64,000 nt of DNA from Guillardia theta CCMP2712 (taxonomy: Eukaryota; Protista; Cryptophyta). The translations under genes were made by a program, and so were the position numbers. The DNA lies in contig NW_005434621.1 of assembly GCF_000315625.1 (NCBI RefSeq), positions 330,246-394,245 on the forward strand, in the 5' to 3' direction. Shown here in pieces: positions 34,876 to 47,187 of the stretch; position 1 is the first letter of the stretch, and each line of letters opens with the position of its first letter. The notes beneath the pieces were generated by a model. It saw only the letters and a list, made by a program, of their open reading frames with translations. It did not search any database and was not told the DNA's origin.

Positions 34876-36991
34876 ATCCCTCGCTGTCGACTGCTCGAGA
34901 ACTCCACGAGCTCCTTCGTCAGCGATGCCTTTATCTCTCGTCTCTGCTTCTGTCTCTTGCAGACCACCTTGTTTGGTAGGAGACTGAGGGGAGGGACATG
35001 CTGCCATGTCATGTTCTCTTACTTGGGTCTGAACATCAACCTCCAAGTCACTTAGCTTGTCGACGATTTCTTTGCAAGACAGTTCGATCTCGGTCCTCAG
35101 CCTTGTTTGTTCCCTCAAGTTGTTCTGCAGTTCCTCTGTCTTCCTTCTGAGAGCCTCCATCTCTCTCTCTAGCTCTGCGACCTTGGCTTCTTGCCTCGTC
35201 AAGGCCTGTCTCGCTTCTCCACATTGTTTGACAGCCTGAGAGACGGCGAGGGCGCTTGCTCTTGCCAGCCCTTCCATCTCCTTCGCCTCCTCCGCTGCCT
35301 CATCAAACTTCCTGCTCGCCTCCTCCAAGTCACTAGAGAGCTTGTCGACTCTGAAGTCCTCGTCTCAGGTCTCACTTGTATCGCCAACAGCCGCTTGCTC
35401 ACCTGAGTTGGACTGCCTCCTGCTCCTTCATCAGCCTCGCAGCCGCACGTCTTCCCTCCTCAGTCGACCGCAGCGCGCGCTCGTTGACGACGCTGCTATC
35501 AAGGAACTTGGTATGCACCATCCGGTGTTCTGCTGCCACCTGCACTAGCCCATCACACCGACACCACCAGCACAAGTTTGACAAGCTGCCGCATCGTCAA
35601 GCCCTTGCTGGGGCCCAGCAACAGTCTCACCTTGTCAAGTCTGGCTGCAACTTCTTCAGCCTCCAAGCACTCCACCTGGTGAATCAGCTCCTGCATTATC
35701 AGCTCCATCAGAGGTCGCCCGACGCCTCTCGATCCCCACAGCGACGCCTCCTGCCGCCTCAAGTTGCCCACATGCTCCAACACAGTGCCGTCCACAACGG
35801 AGGGTTGCGCGTCTTGGAAGGAGCGCGAGAAGTAGTGATCGGAGTAAGCTTGTTCCACGATGAGATCAACTGCTTGTTTGTAGGCCTCTCTCGCGCTGTT
35901 GAGCTCCTGGTACCCCAGTTCCCTCTGCCTCGACAAGTCCAGGTCTCGCTCCAGGAGATGCTCGTGTTCAGTCTGCAGCTGGAAGTCTTGCTGGGAGAGC
36001 GAGATCAGCTGCTGACGAGTCTTGAGACTCTCTCCCTCCCTCTCGTCAATCTCCATCTTCGCCACCTCAAGCTTGCGCTGCAGCTCCCTCGCTGTCAGCA
36101 GAAGAGGAGCGAGCAGCTTCTCCACTTGGGTCTTCTTCATTCGCCTCATCTCCATGATTTCTTTCGATCGCAGGAGGCGAAGTTTGTCCCTGTCTGCGAG
36201 AGCTCAGACGTCAGTGACGGAAAAGTGCGAGAAAGAGGAGGTGAGGTCGGGCAGACCTGAATCCCTGTCTGCCTTGAGCTGCTCCATCTCGGCCTCGTCC
36301 AGCTTGACTTGGAGGAGTCGGAGAGTTTCCTGCTCCCTCGCTCGACTCGCTTCGAGCGCGGCGATCTCTTCCTCCATGGCCTCCAGGTCTTTCTTTGACC
36401 TCTGGATCTCGTCCGCATGGTAGGAAATCAGCTCCTGATGAGCTTCTAGCTTCTTGCGCAGTGCAGACGCCCTGCCAGAACGCTCCCCTGTGGGAGTTTG
36501 CAAGGATGAATCGAGCGACCTTGAAGTCTCATGCATGACGCTTCAGCTACTATCCCGATCAAGCCCTCATCTTTTCTTGCTTCATCTCATCCTCAATCCG
36601 AGGGCGTACCCGGAAATGTTATCTTCCCTCAGTTCCACGTGTTGATCGTTGATGCTTCCCCCTCCTAGCTCCTGGCTCCTGGCTCCTGGCTCCTGGCTCC
36701 TGGCTCCTGGCTCCTGGCTCCTGGCTCCTGGCTCCTGGCTCCTGGCTCCCTTCCCCATGCCCCCCACACCCCCGGGTACCCAGTGTTTAGGGCCCTGCTG
36801 GTTCATTTCCAGTCGGTCCCACCCAGGAAGGCAACGAGGGGGATAAGAGTCGAGCTCACCACCTCTGCTGGCGTCAGACGTAGAGCATCGTGACAAGTGT
36901 AGGAGAGGTCAGTGTTTCTACATGAGCTGCCGATAGTGGAGACGATTGCCATAGTTTCTTCTCCATTGAAATTTTTCTCCATGGCGCTCAT
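34013..36991 (-). CDS. Long coiled-coil protein with C-terminal SPRY/B30.2-like domain, multi-exon
   Basis: Coiled-coil exons (36204-36536, 35553-36155, 34510-35328). Last exon FSEGRHVCKVKIE...LHLGC...SWWL...MKEGDEILCCMDF...LSFW. Confidence 0.7.
36669..36748. repeat. Heptamer tandem repeat (GCTCCTG)n, intronic
   Basis: Seen directly. Confidence 0.9.
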
Positions 36992-37503
36992 GTTGCCGTC
37001 TCTGCCGCTTCCGAACTGCCTCAGTGTGCAGTCTAGGCACTTTCTCGCTAGTGCCCTTGAAAGTCATCCTTTCTTCCTCCCTCCCTACCCTTCAATACAT
37101 AATCTCTCAGCGCTGGATCCGTGGTTGTTACTCCTCCATCAGCTCACTGAGGATCAGGTATGACGAGTCGATTTAAGGCTTCTTTCAGCTTCATACCATG
37201 TAACTTGCTCAATCGATACACGAGTGAGGGAACATCTTGATTTTCTACTCTACAAACTATCTATCCTTCTGACTATCACTGAATGCATATTCGTTGAGAC
37301 AATGCTCATTTACCAATCCACAGCAAACAAGCTTGACCTTCTTCAGGAAACAGAGGCAGGGCCCCAAATCTATCTCATCGACATGGGAGAACTCGATTGC
37401 ACCCATTTCACTCGAGCAATCAGATTTTCATGATACAGAGTTGTATTTACAAGTCCAAAGAGGTGTGGAAAAACCGATGTTAAAATGACTCAAGACTACA
37501 TGA

Positions 37504-37842
37504 CTAAGAGCAAGTGTCTGTGGACGTCCTGGGAGTCAACACGAAGATCATAACGACGAAGATGACGTTAATAACGAACATGCTTGCTACTATCCAGCAG
37601 TAAACATCATTGAGTTTCGTCTGCACAGTGTCGTTGCCTTCTTTGGCGGTGACCTCTTCCTTGCGACATGCCACGGCGGGTTTTGCTGCCGAGTCGAAGA
37701 ACATGAGGTTGTGCTCAGAGGATACCAGTCCCAATCTCTTTGCGAATTCTTGATGTCTTTCTTTCTCTCTGAAGCTTCTCTGCCCCTCCTTGGAGTATTT
37801 CAACAATTTCACCGCTGAGTTCACTTCCATAAAATCCACCAT
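37504..37842 (-). CDS. Small hypothetical protein with a C-terminal TM helix
   Basis: ORF with hydrophobic tail WIVASMFVINVIFVVMIFVL. Confidence 0.45.
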   Translation of the reverse strand: MVDFMEVNSAVKLLKYSKEGQRSFREKERHQEFAKRLGLVSSEHNLMFFDSAAKPAVACRKEEVTAKEGNDTVQTKLNDVYCWIVASMFVINVIFVVMIFVLTPRTSTDTCS

Positions 37843-38600
37843 CCTTGTCAAAGGCGAACAAATCGATTGAGCCGACAGACCGGAAACGATACGATAAGAA
37901 TCTTACTTTTCAATAGTAGCCTTCAAACTAGAAGAAGATTCTGCGAGCAGAACTCAACACTGTAATTGCTGCGAAAAAAAATCCTTGGAACCCTTCTGTG
38001 AAACCGGGAAAGCTGATGAGAACGAATTGAAAGGAGGGAAGACCAATCGAGGGGTCGAAACGTTAGGAATGCGGAGGAGAGGTGGGAAGTACGAGTGAAG
38101 GGATCGAGGAACGCGTGTTCAGATACCAATCGCTGCGACTCAGGGAACCAAAGGGTCGAAGGGCAGCCAAGGAGCAAATCGAGGACGGCTGTGTTGGAGG
38201 AGCAAGAGGAGCGTTTCACGAGATGAGGGGTGAGAGGGTAGGGTCAAGGGGTAATATCAAAAATGGGGGTAGTGATGGGTAATTTGTGGGGTGCAATTGA
38301 ACGATTTTCGGTAAAACCTAGTGGAGGGTGGGTGCATTTCAGATGCAGGCCTCCTTGTGATCTCTCATCTTTACTACGAAAATCAGCGTATCTTACGTCA
38401 GCGTGTCATTCTATGTCTGTGTTTAAGTCTCGAAAATAATTCTTTTCGAGCTGTATCGTGTGACAAACGTATATGAGGACCCCTCCATTTGACTAAACAA
38501 ACCCACCCCATTTAATTTTGACCCCTTCTATTGTGTTTTAGTTTTATGCAACGTGACATGAGCGTGACCGATGCTCTGCATCGTGACAACTCCGTGACAG

Positions 38601-38951
38601 TAACTTAAACTACAGAGTCGTTAGATGTTGACGAATACCGTACTACCAAGTGCTGTAACGATTGTGGTTCTGAGCTCGATGTGCTTCGACGGATTGAAAA
38701 TACAGGGAAAGAACCAGACGAGACCTGTAGGTTGAAAACAAGGAAAAGTGAAGTACGAGGATTGAAATTTTGCAGATCATCGAGGTAATGTCAAGTTTTG
38801 TATACTCCTGTAATTCACCTTTTCATCTAACTGTTATCGTGACAGCTGTAAAGGAAAGCCGATCAAATCCAGGGACTTGAATGCTGCACTGAATATACTC
38901 ACTTGTTTCAATGTGTTTCCTGAAAGACCGAATCACCTACGTCGCCCCTGA
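38601..38951 (+). pseudogene. Fanzor1/TnpB-like RNA-guided endonuclease, C-terminal fragment (RuvC-II, Zn finger, RuvC-III) with one spliceosomal intron
   Basis: 38624-38784 DVDEYRTTKCCNDCGSEL...EVRGLKFCRSS; intron 38785-38845 (GTAATG..CTAAC..ACAG); 38846-38951 CKGKPIKSRDLNAALNILTCFNVFPERPNHLRRP*. An apparent +1 frameshift separates NYRVV from DVDE. No RuvC-I is visible upstream. Confidence 0.85.
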
Positions 38952-39270
38952 GGTGAATTCAATGATTGTTGTCGCCCCCTCCCTACCCAGACTGCGTCCC
39001 TCGGGACTCGATGCCTAATTCCCTGCCTGCCTGCCTGCCCGGTGCCTGCCTCCATTATGATCCGATGTTTACGACATGTGATCATTGAAGTGACTGACTG
39101 GCATCATTTGGTAGGATTCATGTAAGGCTCCAACAACATCCGAAGACAATTTGGCAAAAAAAAACAACTGCCGTTGTATGACGGAGAGTCGCGGCTCTCA
39201 ATCATACGACGGCAGTTCTGTGCGAAAACTTAGTTCGTCGTTCAGAAGGGTATTCACATATTCCGTCACA
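38952..39270 (+). ncRNA. Candidate omegaRNA (Fanzor guide scaffold) / element right end
   Basis: Immediately 3' of the Fanzor stop. 16-bp stem 39166-39181/39202-39217 (one G-U) with inner GAGAGT/GCTCTC stem. Boundaries inferred. Confidence 0.5.
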
Positions 39271-40096
39271 TCATGAGGGAGAGTACCCGTGGTAGATAGA
39301 TTCGTGGCGTTTATCTATTAAACTACCCACCTAGGCTCTCCTAGGAGAATGAGGGGGTACTGCTCGGGAACAGACACAAAAAGATCATCCCACCCCAATA
39401 ATCCCTATGACTACCCTACCCTTTCCCACATAAAATTGCAGTCACGGGACGCCGGGGGCTGGATGATTGACGTGTGCCGGGCCCGGCGTGGCCCGGGGCG
39501 GCACGCCGGCGGCGGGCCCGGCGGCCCAGACACTGTTCACGGTAGGCTTCACGGTCCGTTGGTCGGATCAGGGCCCGGCAGTGTGTGACCGTGACGCCGG
39601 CGGCCTGTGCGACAGTGTCAGGGTCAAGCCTCCTCGACTCTCCTGATTGTCCTCGTACTGATTTTTAACTTAACTTTGAGTAAAGAAGACTCTGTCACTG
39701 AAGTTCGCGGACGTGCGGCCCGGCCGCTGGCGCCATCACACTGGCTGTGGCGAACTTCGGAACGGTCCGTCGCCGGCTAGTCCACCGTAACTCTGAGGCG
39801 GCGGCGCCGCGCGCCGCGCCGCCGGCGCCGCCGCTGGCCCGGCCCCGGCTCAGTGCCTCGGACGGTGACTGCCAAGTTTCGCGGCCCCGAGCTGTTCACA
39901 TGAATGACGATTGCTGGAGTTTTATTGGATTCGACCACTGTACGGTAGGGAAGGGTTGCAAAGGCTTGGATTGAGGCTTTCCGTCGATGCTCCAGGATGG
40001 TACGGTCGGTGGGATAACTGACCGCCTGCCGCCGTCATTGCGTCACGTTGAATGATTTTATCCGATCAGCTGAAACGCGCAAATGAAATTCCAGCC

Positions 40097-40639
40097 TCAG
40101 TGTTCAGATTCAGCTTGGTGCCTGCAGTAGAGGAGCAGTCAGCATCGGATGCAATTCATAAACAAACCCCATTACTTCTGGCGGTTCGCGGCATTGGCTT
40201 TCAATGCTCCTGCACCTCCGGTGAACATAGGTTGCTGGATGGCTGTTGTTGCAAATGCAAGTCACAAGCTTGTAAATACGAGATATTCTTGTCCCATGCA
40301 CCTTCAAAGTAAGCTTGTGCAAACTCTTTGCAGTTGTCCTTATGATTCACTCCTTCTCTGCGTGAAGGCTGCAAGTCAACGGGGATTGAGCCAGAAGAGA
40401 ACGGAGCTATCAAACCTCCTATAGCATTCTCGGAGGAGATGCCTGAGGTGTCTTGCATTCATAATCTTGAGCCATGCATCCTTTGCCTTCTTCTCGCGAA
40501 TGTTTGCTGGGGCAAGAACATCATTCTGTAAGCAACGTAAGTTTCATCCATGCTGTAGTGCCAAACCAAAAGAGCAGACCTCGGACCCAATGGGAAAATC
40601 AAAGTTGGCAGCTCCGATCGGATCGAAGGCTTTAGGCAT
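40097..40639 (-). CDS. NDUFB10: NADH dehydrogenase (complex I) beta subcomplex subunit 10 (PDSW), 4-5 exons
   Basis: Spliced by eye: MPKAFDPIGAANFDFPIGSE/NDVLAPANIREKKAKDAWLKIMNARHLRHLLRECYRR/EGVNHKDNCKEFAQAYFE/ALKANAANRQK. CYRxEGVNH is the family signature. Not assembled in the ORF track. Confidence 0.85.
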
Positions 40640-42067
40640 TCTGTGATATCAATGCAATGGATCAGGAATCGTGCGCAGAGAGGGTGAGCATGATAAAAGA
40701 AAATGAAGAAATATAGGAATATTATTGAAGGCGTCGGGAACTCTTGTGCAATCACTGTCGGTTCCGATGTACCCAACATTCATCATACAGAAAGTGTAAA
40801 ATGAGAAAGTATTCCGTATGATTCGAAAAGTTTCAATACAACTATGTACAAAACATCCTCGGTGTCCGGATATCAACACTGGGATGTTTAGCGTAAGAGG
40901 AAACATTGCTCAACACTTGAAGGAGCACTGGTTTGTCTGATCTAGCTCAATACTGGTATCTGATCTTATAAGACATGTCTCTCCATTCAATTCTTGATTA
41001 TGTCTCAGTGCCAACAAGTTGTTGCCAGGTCTACGTACTGGTTCAGTCTCAGCTCTCAATGATAGTTTGCCCCTTTGGGATGTTGCCATAAATTCATTTC
41101 ATCTACATTACATGAGGAAATCATTTTCCATCATCTTTCTCTCATGTGAATGTAAAATCTCCATAGATCTGTTAGCGTCTCGCCTGATGTGTCCATTGCT
41201 CACCGAACAAAGGAAAACGAATTCCAGTTCAATCTCCTCATCAATCCCCTCTTCACTCCTCTCCTCATCCCTCCCCCTCCCCTCTTCTGGCCCTTCACCC
41301 TTTCTGTCTCTTCCCCCTCTTCCACACTCCTCCACCATCTCCCTCTCTGCTTTCTTGTCTCTGCCTTCCCCTCCCTTTGCCTCGCCTACTTCCGCCATTT
41401 CGTTACTACGACAGAGGCGACGCTATACAAATCTGTGTGAGACTTTTTATTTTGCTACTGATTCCCTTCCACGTTTACAAAGTTGTACTGTTATTTATAA
41501 AATATCTACATATTCAATACAATTTGTATCATATATGTATACAACACTGCTTTTAAAACTGCCGCTGCATCCTAGAAAACTGCCCCGGCCCACTGCCAGT
41601 TCACGGTTCGGGCCCGAACCCGGGCCACCGCCGGCCCAGTTCGGAACTGTCGGCCCGGCCGGCCCGGCCCCGGATGATGTCCGAAGTTCGACGTTCCCAA
41701 TCAAATCATGAGTCAGTTTGGGCTCCCTGATGTAGCATATTGATCCCACTGTCTTATGTAACATTGCCACCTGTGTCTGTCTATAAGATCCCCATCTATT
41801 CTTTTGTATCAGTAGTGACAACAATCCCATCTATGTACATTCTCCTCCTCTTCCAACCTTCCTCCTCTCCTCGATCACCTTGCTCCTCCTCTCATTCCAT
41901 CCTAGAAGTGCAGGTAACCGTCTTGCCTCTCCTCCTCTCCCTCCCCTTGCACCTCTCCCTCCCCTCCTCCTCCTCGTGGTACTCCTCCTCGTCATCGTCA
42001 TCGTCTCCGTCCTCCTCTCCTCATCACTCCTGCGCTTCTCGCACATGTTGCTCGTGCTTTGTCCTTG

Positions 42068-43444
42068 CTACGTGCTCCAGTGAGCTGGCTGACTCGTTGT
42101 CTCAGCTTGGAGGCAGGAAGCGTCATCATCAGCTCCCCCTTGAGCGTCGACACCGACAACAGCAGCTCGCGATCCAGAGCAAGTCCTATCCGCAGCTACT
42201 GGGAGTCCGGCATGGCTGGGGAACAGCTGGAGGTAGTTGTGTCGTGCTGGGGGTGCTCTGCTGAACTCATGGCAGGATCGACTTGTGAGAGCAGCACGAT
42301 GATACACCCTCCCGTAGTCCGCGGGATGCGGGGGGGGTGCCAGTGGAGGAGGAGAGGAGGAGGAGGAGTAGGGGCTATGTAAGATGAATACAAGGAAGGA
42401 CATGAGAAGCGAGGGCAGAGAATGAAAATGTTTTTACACGGGGTTGTAGGGAGAACGTCTTTGCTGTTCACATGGTCGCGACGTGAACCTTGTCGCATTT
42501 CACCGGGGAGATCAAGATTACCTGCAGGAGGGCAGAGTGAGTAGAGCCATGCGGGGGGACGATGAAGGAGGAAGGAAGGAGGGGGAGGGAGATGAAGTTG
42601 GAAGTGAGGGAGCGGCAGAGGATCAAAGGCACAGGAAAGGGAGGGGGAGGCGAGTAGAAGCAAACGAGGTCAGGAGGAACAAGGGGAGTGAGAAGGAGGA
42701 AGATCGATATAAGATGGCTGAGAGCATGCAGAAAGATAATAGAGGACGATTTCTCGATCTCACAGTAGTTGTCTTGCAGACAGACGCGTCCGACGCGCAT
42801 TCAACGTTACACAGTGCTTGTCCTGCCTCCGTGGGATTCACAACATTCACTCCTGCGTGCACCTGACCCATGCTGTCAGCTCCTCCTCCTCCTCCTCCTC
42901 CTCCTCCTACACCACCACCACCTCCTCCTCCCCCCCTCCCCTCTTCCTCCTCCTCCTCCTCCTCCTCCTCCTTCTCCTCCTAAACTTCCTCCTCAACCTC
43001 TTACTCCCCCTTTCCCTCCTCCTCGGACCCCTCCTCCTGTTGTCACTACTCTCGACTGCTTCCTGCTCCCTCCCTCTCCCCCTTCTCTGCTTCTATGGGA
43101 ACTACCTCTTGTGCAAGGATACGAGCACAGGATGCCTCTCCAGATGGACAGGGCGCGATGTAACCTGAAACGGACAAGTTGAGGACAGAGCAGGAGGGGC
43201 AGGAGGAGCAGGAGGGGCAGGAGGGGCAGAGCAGGTGGTTGTTTCACCTCTCTTCCAACTCAGCTGCTCAGCGTTCACGACGACACATCCGTCCGTTCCT
43301 CTACCGATGGGCTTGACAAGCCTGAGAAAGGGAGAGAAAGGTCAAGGCAACTGCTGACCCAATTTCCCTCTTCCTCCCTCCCTACCCTGCCCCCTTCGCT
43401 TTCCTTCCTCTCTACTCCCTCTTCATGCTCCGCCTCTCCTCGTA

Positions 43445-43480
<36 letters not shown>

Positions 43481-46199
43481 CTGCTTCTCTTCCTCTACTT
43501 ACACATGCCCAGCCCCGTGCTTCCATGCCTCATCCGTGGAGTCGCCTGGTGGTGGATCAGGTGGAACGACGGCTGAGGTCAGCCAACCTGTGCTGAACCA
43601 GTAGTCCTCATAGCCCCAATTGCAGATGCTGATGGTGGTGGGAGAGAGTTTGCTGCGAGAACATTCAGCGAAGGAGAAGGGGAGCGGAGGGGAGAGGAAG
43701 GGACAGAAGAGGCGTGGGTTGGGGAGAAGAGAGGAGAGGAGAGGAGAGGAGAGGAGAATCGGGCGTTAGGACGGCAAAGTAGAGGTAAGGTAGAGGAGAC
43801 AGGAGAACGCAAGAACAAGGTAAGATCAAGATCTACCGTGTGCTCGATCCTGGTCCAGGTTTCCACTTGGTAGGGTAGGGGAAGACAACCTGAGAGGAGA
43901 AGAGCGTGACAAGCAGAAGGGAGAGGGAGAAGGAGGAAGGAGTAGAAGCACAAGGGAGAGAGAGATGGAGGAAGGAGTAGAAGCACAAGGGAGAGGGAGA
44001 GGGAGGAAGGAGTAGAAGCAGGAGGGAGAGGGAGAGGGAGGAAGGAGTAGAAGCAGGAGGGAGAGGGAGAGGGAGGAAGGAGTAGAAGCAGCATGAAAGT
44101 GTAGGAAGGTGAGCAGCAGAAGGCAAGTGGAAGGAGGAGAAGACTGTGAGACAGCGATGTCTACCTTCGCCATGCTGTCGTAGGGCGCAGGAAACTCGAC
44201 GAGGTCCACTGCGCTGGGAAGAACCTGAAATGAAAGAATGAAAGAATGAAAGAAGGTGGACAGACATGGAGGAGGATGAAGATGATGTGGAGTAGGAGGA
44301 GCAGGAGCAGGAGCAGGAGAGCAGCTGAGTCTCTTGACCTGAACGTACGCGCAGTGCGCCGGGGCGATGTAGACAGCAGTGGTGGTCTAGGATGCATGGG
44401 GTAAGGAGAATGAAGGCACAGGAAGAACAGCCTCGTGCTGCAGCCATTCCAGGATGCCACTTTCTTCTCTCCCCTCTCCCTCCCTCCTCTCCCCCTTCCT
44501 CGTCTCCTGCCTCCTCTCTCCTCTCCTCCTCCTCTCTCTCCTCCATCCTCTCCCTTCACAGCGCATTCCCCGTCTTCTACCTTGCATTCAGCCTTGGAAG
44601 CCGTACAGACGACGGTGCAGACGGCGCTGGAGGGGGGAAAGTCAGAGGAGGAAACGATGACGACGACCTCATACCTTCCTTGACCCGACGAGACAACAGA
44701 AATGCCGGCAGTGACGGCCTTTGCGCTGCAAGAAACGTCAAGGTGAGCTGATGCGATGGAGAGGAGGGAAGCGCTGAATGGAGGAGGAGAAGAGGAGGAG
44801 AAAGGGAGAGAGGAGGAGGAGGAGAGGAGGAGGGCGAGGAGAGGTTACCTGTTGAGGAAACAAGATCGAGTCTCGCAAGGGGCAACGGCGCCTCTCTCCC
44901 AGCAGACTTCATCCTTGCATGCTTGATCGAGAGGAATCGACATACATGCCTCCCCAACCCCCACACTGCAAGCCAGTCAACTTCCTCCCTCCCACTCCAC
45001 CTTCGCCCTCCCCTCCTTGCCCTCCCTCTCCATCTCCCCTGCTTCCCTCCTGCCTCCATCCAGCTCCCTGCCTCCTGCCTCCTGCCTCCTGCCTCCTGCC
45101 TCCTGCCTCCTCCGCAGCACCTTGGCACAGCCACTTTCTCGGATCCTTTCTTCCCGCCCTTGTAGAAGTATGTTCTGTCCGCGTAGTTGCACAACGTTAT
45201 CGACATCCTGTCTGCTCGCTTCGGGTACGGGAACAGAATTTGCACGCCATGGCGCGCCGGCTTCCTCTCCCCCCCCATCCCCTGCGCCATGCTCCCTCCA
45301 CTCCCCATCCTGTCCGAGAGGCCCGAGCGGCTGCTGCTAGCACGAATCCCTTCCTTTCTCTTGCACGTCAAGTACCAGGCCTGCACGATGGGCCCGAGTC
45401 TGAGGGGGTAGAAGTATCCTCCGTCCTTGGTGTTGGAGATGCTGGAGACTCCAGGCCCGCTCGACACGCACTGCTTGTTCCCTTCGTTGAAGAACCGCAG
45501 CGCGTCCATGTCCTTCACCTGACAGTGCTTCCCGTCTGCCATGATCCCATCCCCTACCGCGCAGGTCGTCCTGCACGTCTTGTAGAACTTCCCGACCTGC
45601 CTCGCGTTTGCTGGCGCGTACACGAACTGCTGGACGAGGGAGCGAGAGGCTCCCTCCTCTGCCTTGGAGATGAACCCGCTGCCCTCGCTCGAGCTCGAGC
45701 ACGACTGGCCGTATCCTGCCAGCCACATCCTCGCTGCCGGGTAGCGTACTATACACATCTGAAGCTGAGAGTGGTACGCGTCCTCCTGCGCCGCACACAT
45801 GGGCGTGCAGCTCTTGTAGACTTCCCTCACCTCAGCTGCTCTGTTGTAGGGGTAGAAGAACTTCCCCGTGCTGTCATGGTGCCGCTGCAACACCGAAATG
45901 CCGGGAAGGTCGGCGGCGCAAGTAGACCAGCCCTGCCCTCGGAGAAAGGAGAGGGCCCAAGGGTTCGCAACCTGGCACATCTTGGTCGAGGGGTTCAGGA
46001 TGTCTGTGGTGTCTGCACATCGAGCCGTAGGAGGAAGAGAGTAGCTGCTCAGGCTCCCGCCTCCCATCCACGCCATACCAAGGACGATGACGATGGCTGC
46101 TCCTATCAGGATGGTTGTGGCTGTGCTTCGTGTGGACGAGCGGAAGGAGCTCAAGGCCCTTTCCAGGAGAGAAGATGCGCGAGACCAGAAGCTTCCCAT
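42068..46199 (-). CDS. Type II membrane Cys-rich protein with three ~70 aa internal repeats and many small downstream exons
   Basis: Anchor ILIGAAIVIVLGMAW; first exon runs to ~45130. Later coding-like islands between microsatellite introns (e.g. VHAGVNVVNPTEAGQALCNVEC, DYGRVYHRAALTSRSC). The 3' extent is uncertain. Confidence 0.55.
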
Positions 46200-47187
46200 C
46201 GTCAGTCGAAGTTGCACACAGCTAGTTGATCATACGTCTTGTACAGGGCAGAATAAGATTCCTGCAGCAAAGGGTCATGTTGTTTCAGGTGGAGATGAAT
46301 GGATTCTTCATGAAGAAGTAAGATGTGTATCTCCACTAAGTCATCACTCTTTCCTCTTGTTCTGATCGCTGTCGATAGTTCACATACTCTCACTCCTCCT
46401 CCTCGTTCTCATCCCGATCCGGATCCCACCTCAGTTTATCGCCTGCATCCTCCTTCAGAACCATCCATCATCCTACTCGCATTGATCTTCGACACCTCCC
46501 TCTTCCTCTCTCCTTCTCCCTCTGGCTCTGCTTCTCCTTCTCCTTCTCCTTCTCCCCTCCCTTCTCCCCTCCCCTCCCCTCCTCCTCTTCCTCCTTCCCG
46601 GCATTCTTTCGCTCCATGCTGACGACGACATCACGAATGCCCCGGGGTGGGTCCTGAAAAGAGGGTACTGCAAAGATGGTGGTACCAAATTACCGGATTT
46701 GATTAATGAACTTCGACTAAGAATGAGGGGTACCATTTCGAATCAGTGGGTAGTGGTATTTCACGGACGGGTAGGGGTTTGTCATGGGAACGAGAGAACT
46801 CCGGAACGATCGGAACGATCATTCCGGTCGGACTGACAAGCAGGAGAGAGGGAGAGGGGGCAGGGACAGGGACAGAGACGAAGACGAAGACGAAGACGAA
46901 GACGAAGACGAAGACGAAGACGAAGACGAAGACAGAGAGAAAGAGAGCGGGTAGATGGAGGGAGGCAGGATGGAGGGAGAAAGACAGGATTCATGGAGGG
47001 AGACATGATACAGGATGACAGAGAGGGAGAAAACTTAGAGCATAGGTGATCCCATCAAGGTGCAGAGGCGAACAAGTGAAAATTCCTCTGTTTGTGTTTG
47101 AAGAGCGATCCTCTACACTGTTTGCCTCCTAAGAGCGATCTCTACTACTCGACGACAATCCACTGATGATGATGAACTTTCCTAGTG

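Noticed and set aside
37900-38600. N-terminal exons of Fanzor or a partner transposase
   Set aside because: No RuvC-I, DDE, Y1 or serine-recombinase motif found by eye upstream.
41019-41711. 230 aa plus-strand ORF
   Set aside because: Runs through low-complexity, AT-rich and GC-island DNA; non-ATG start and no domain.
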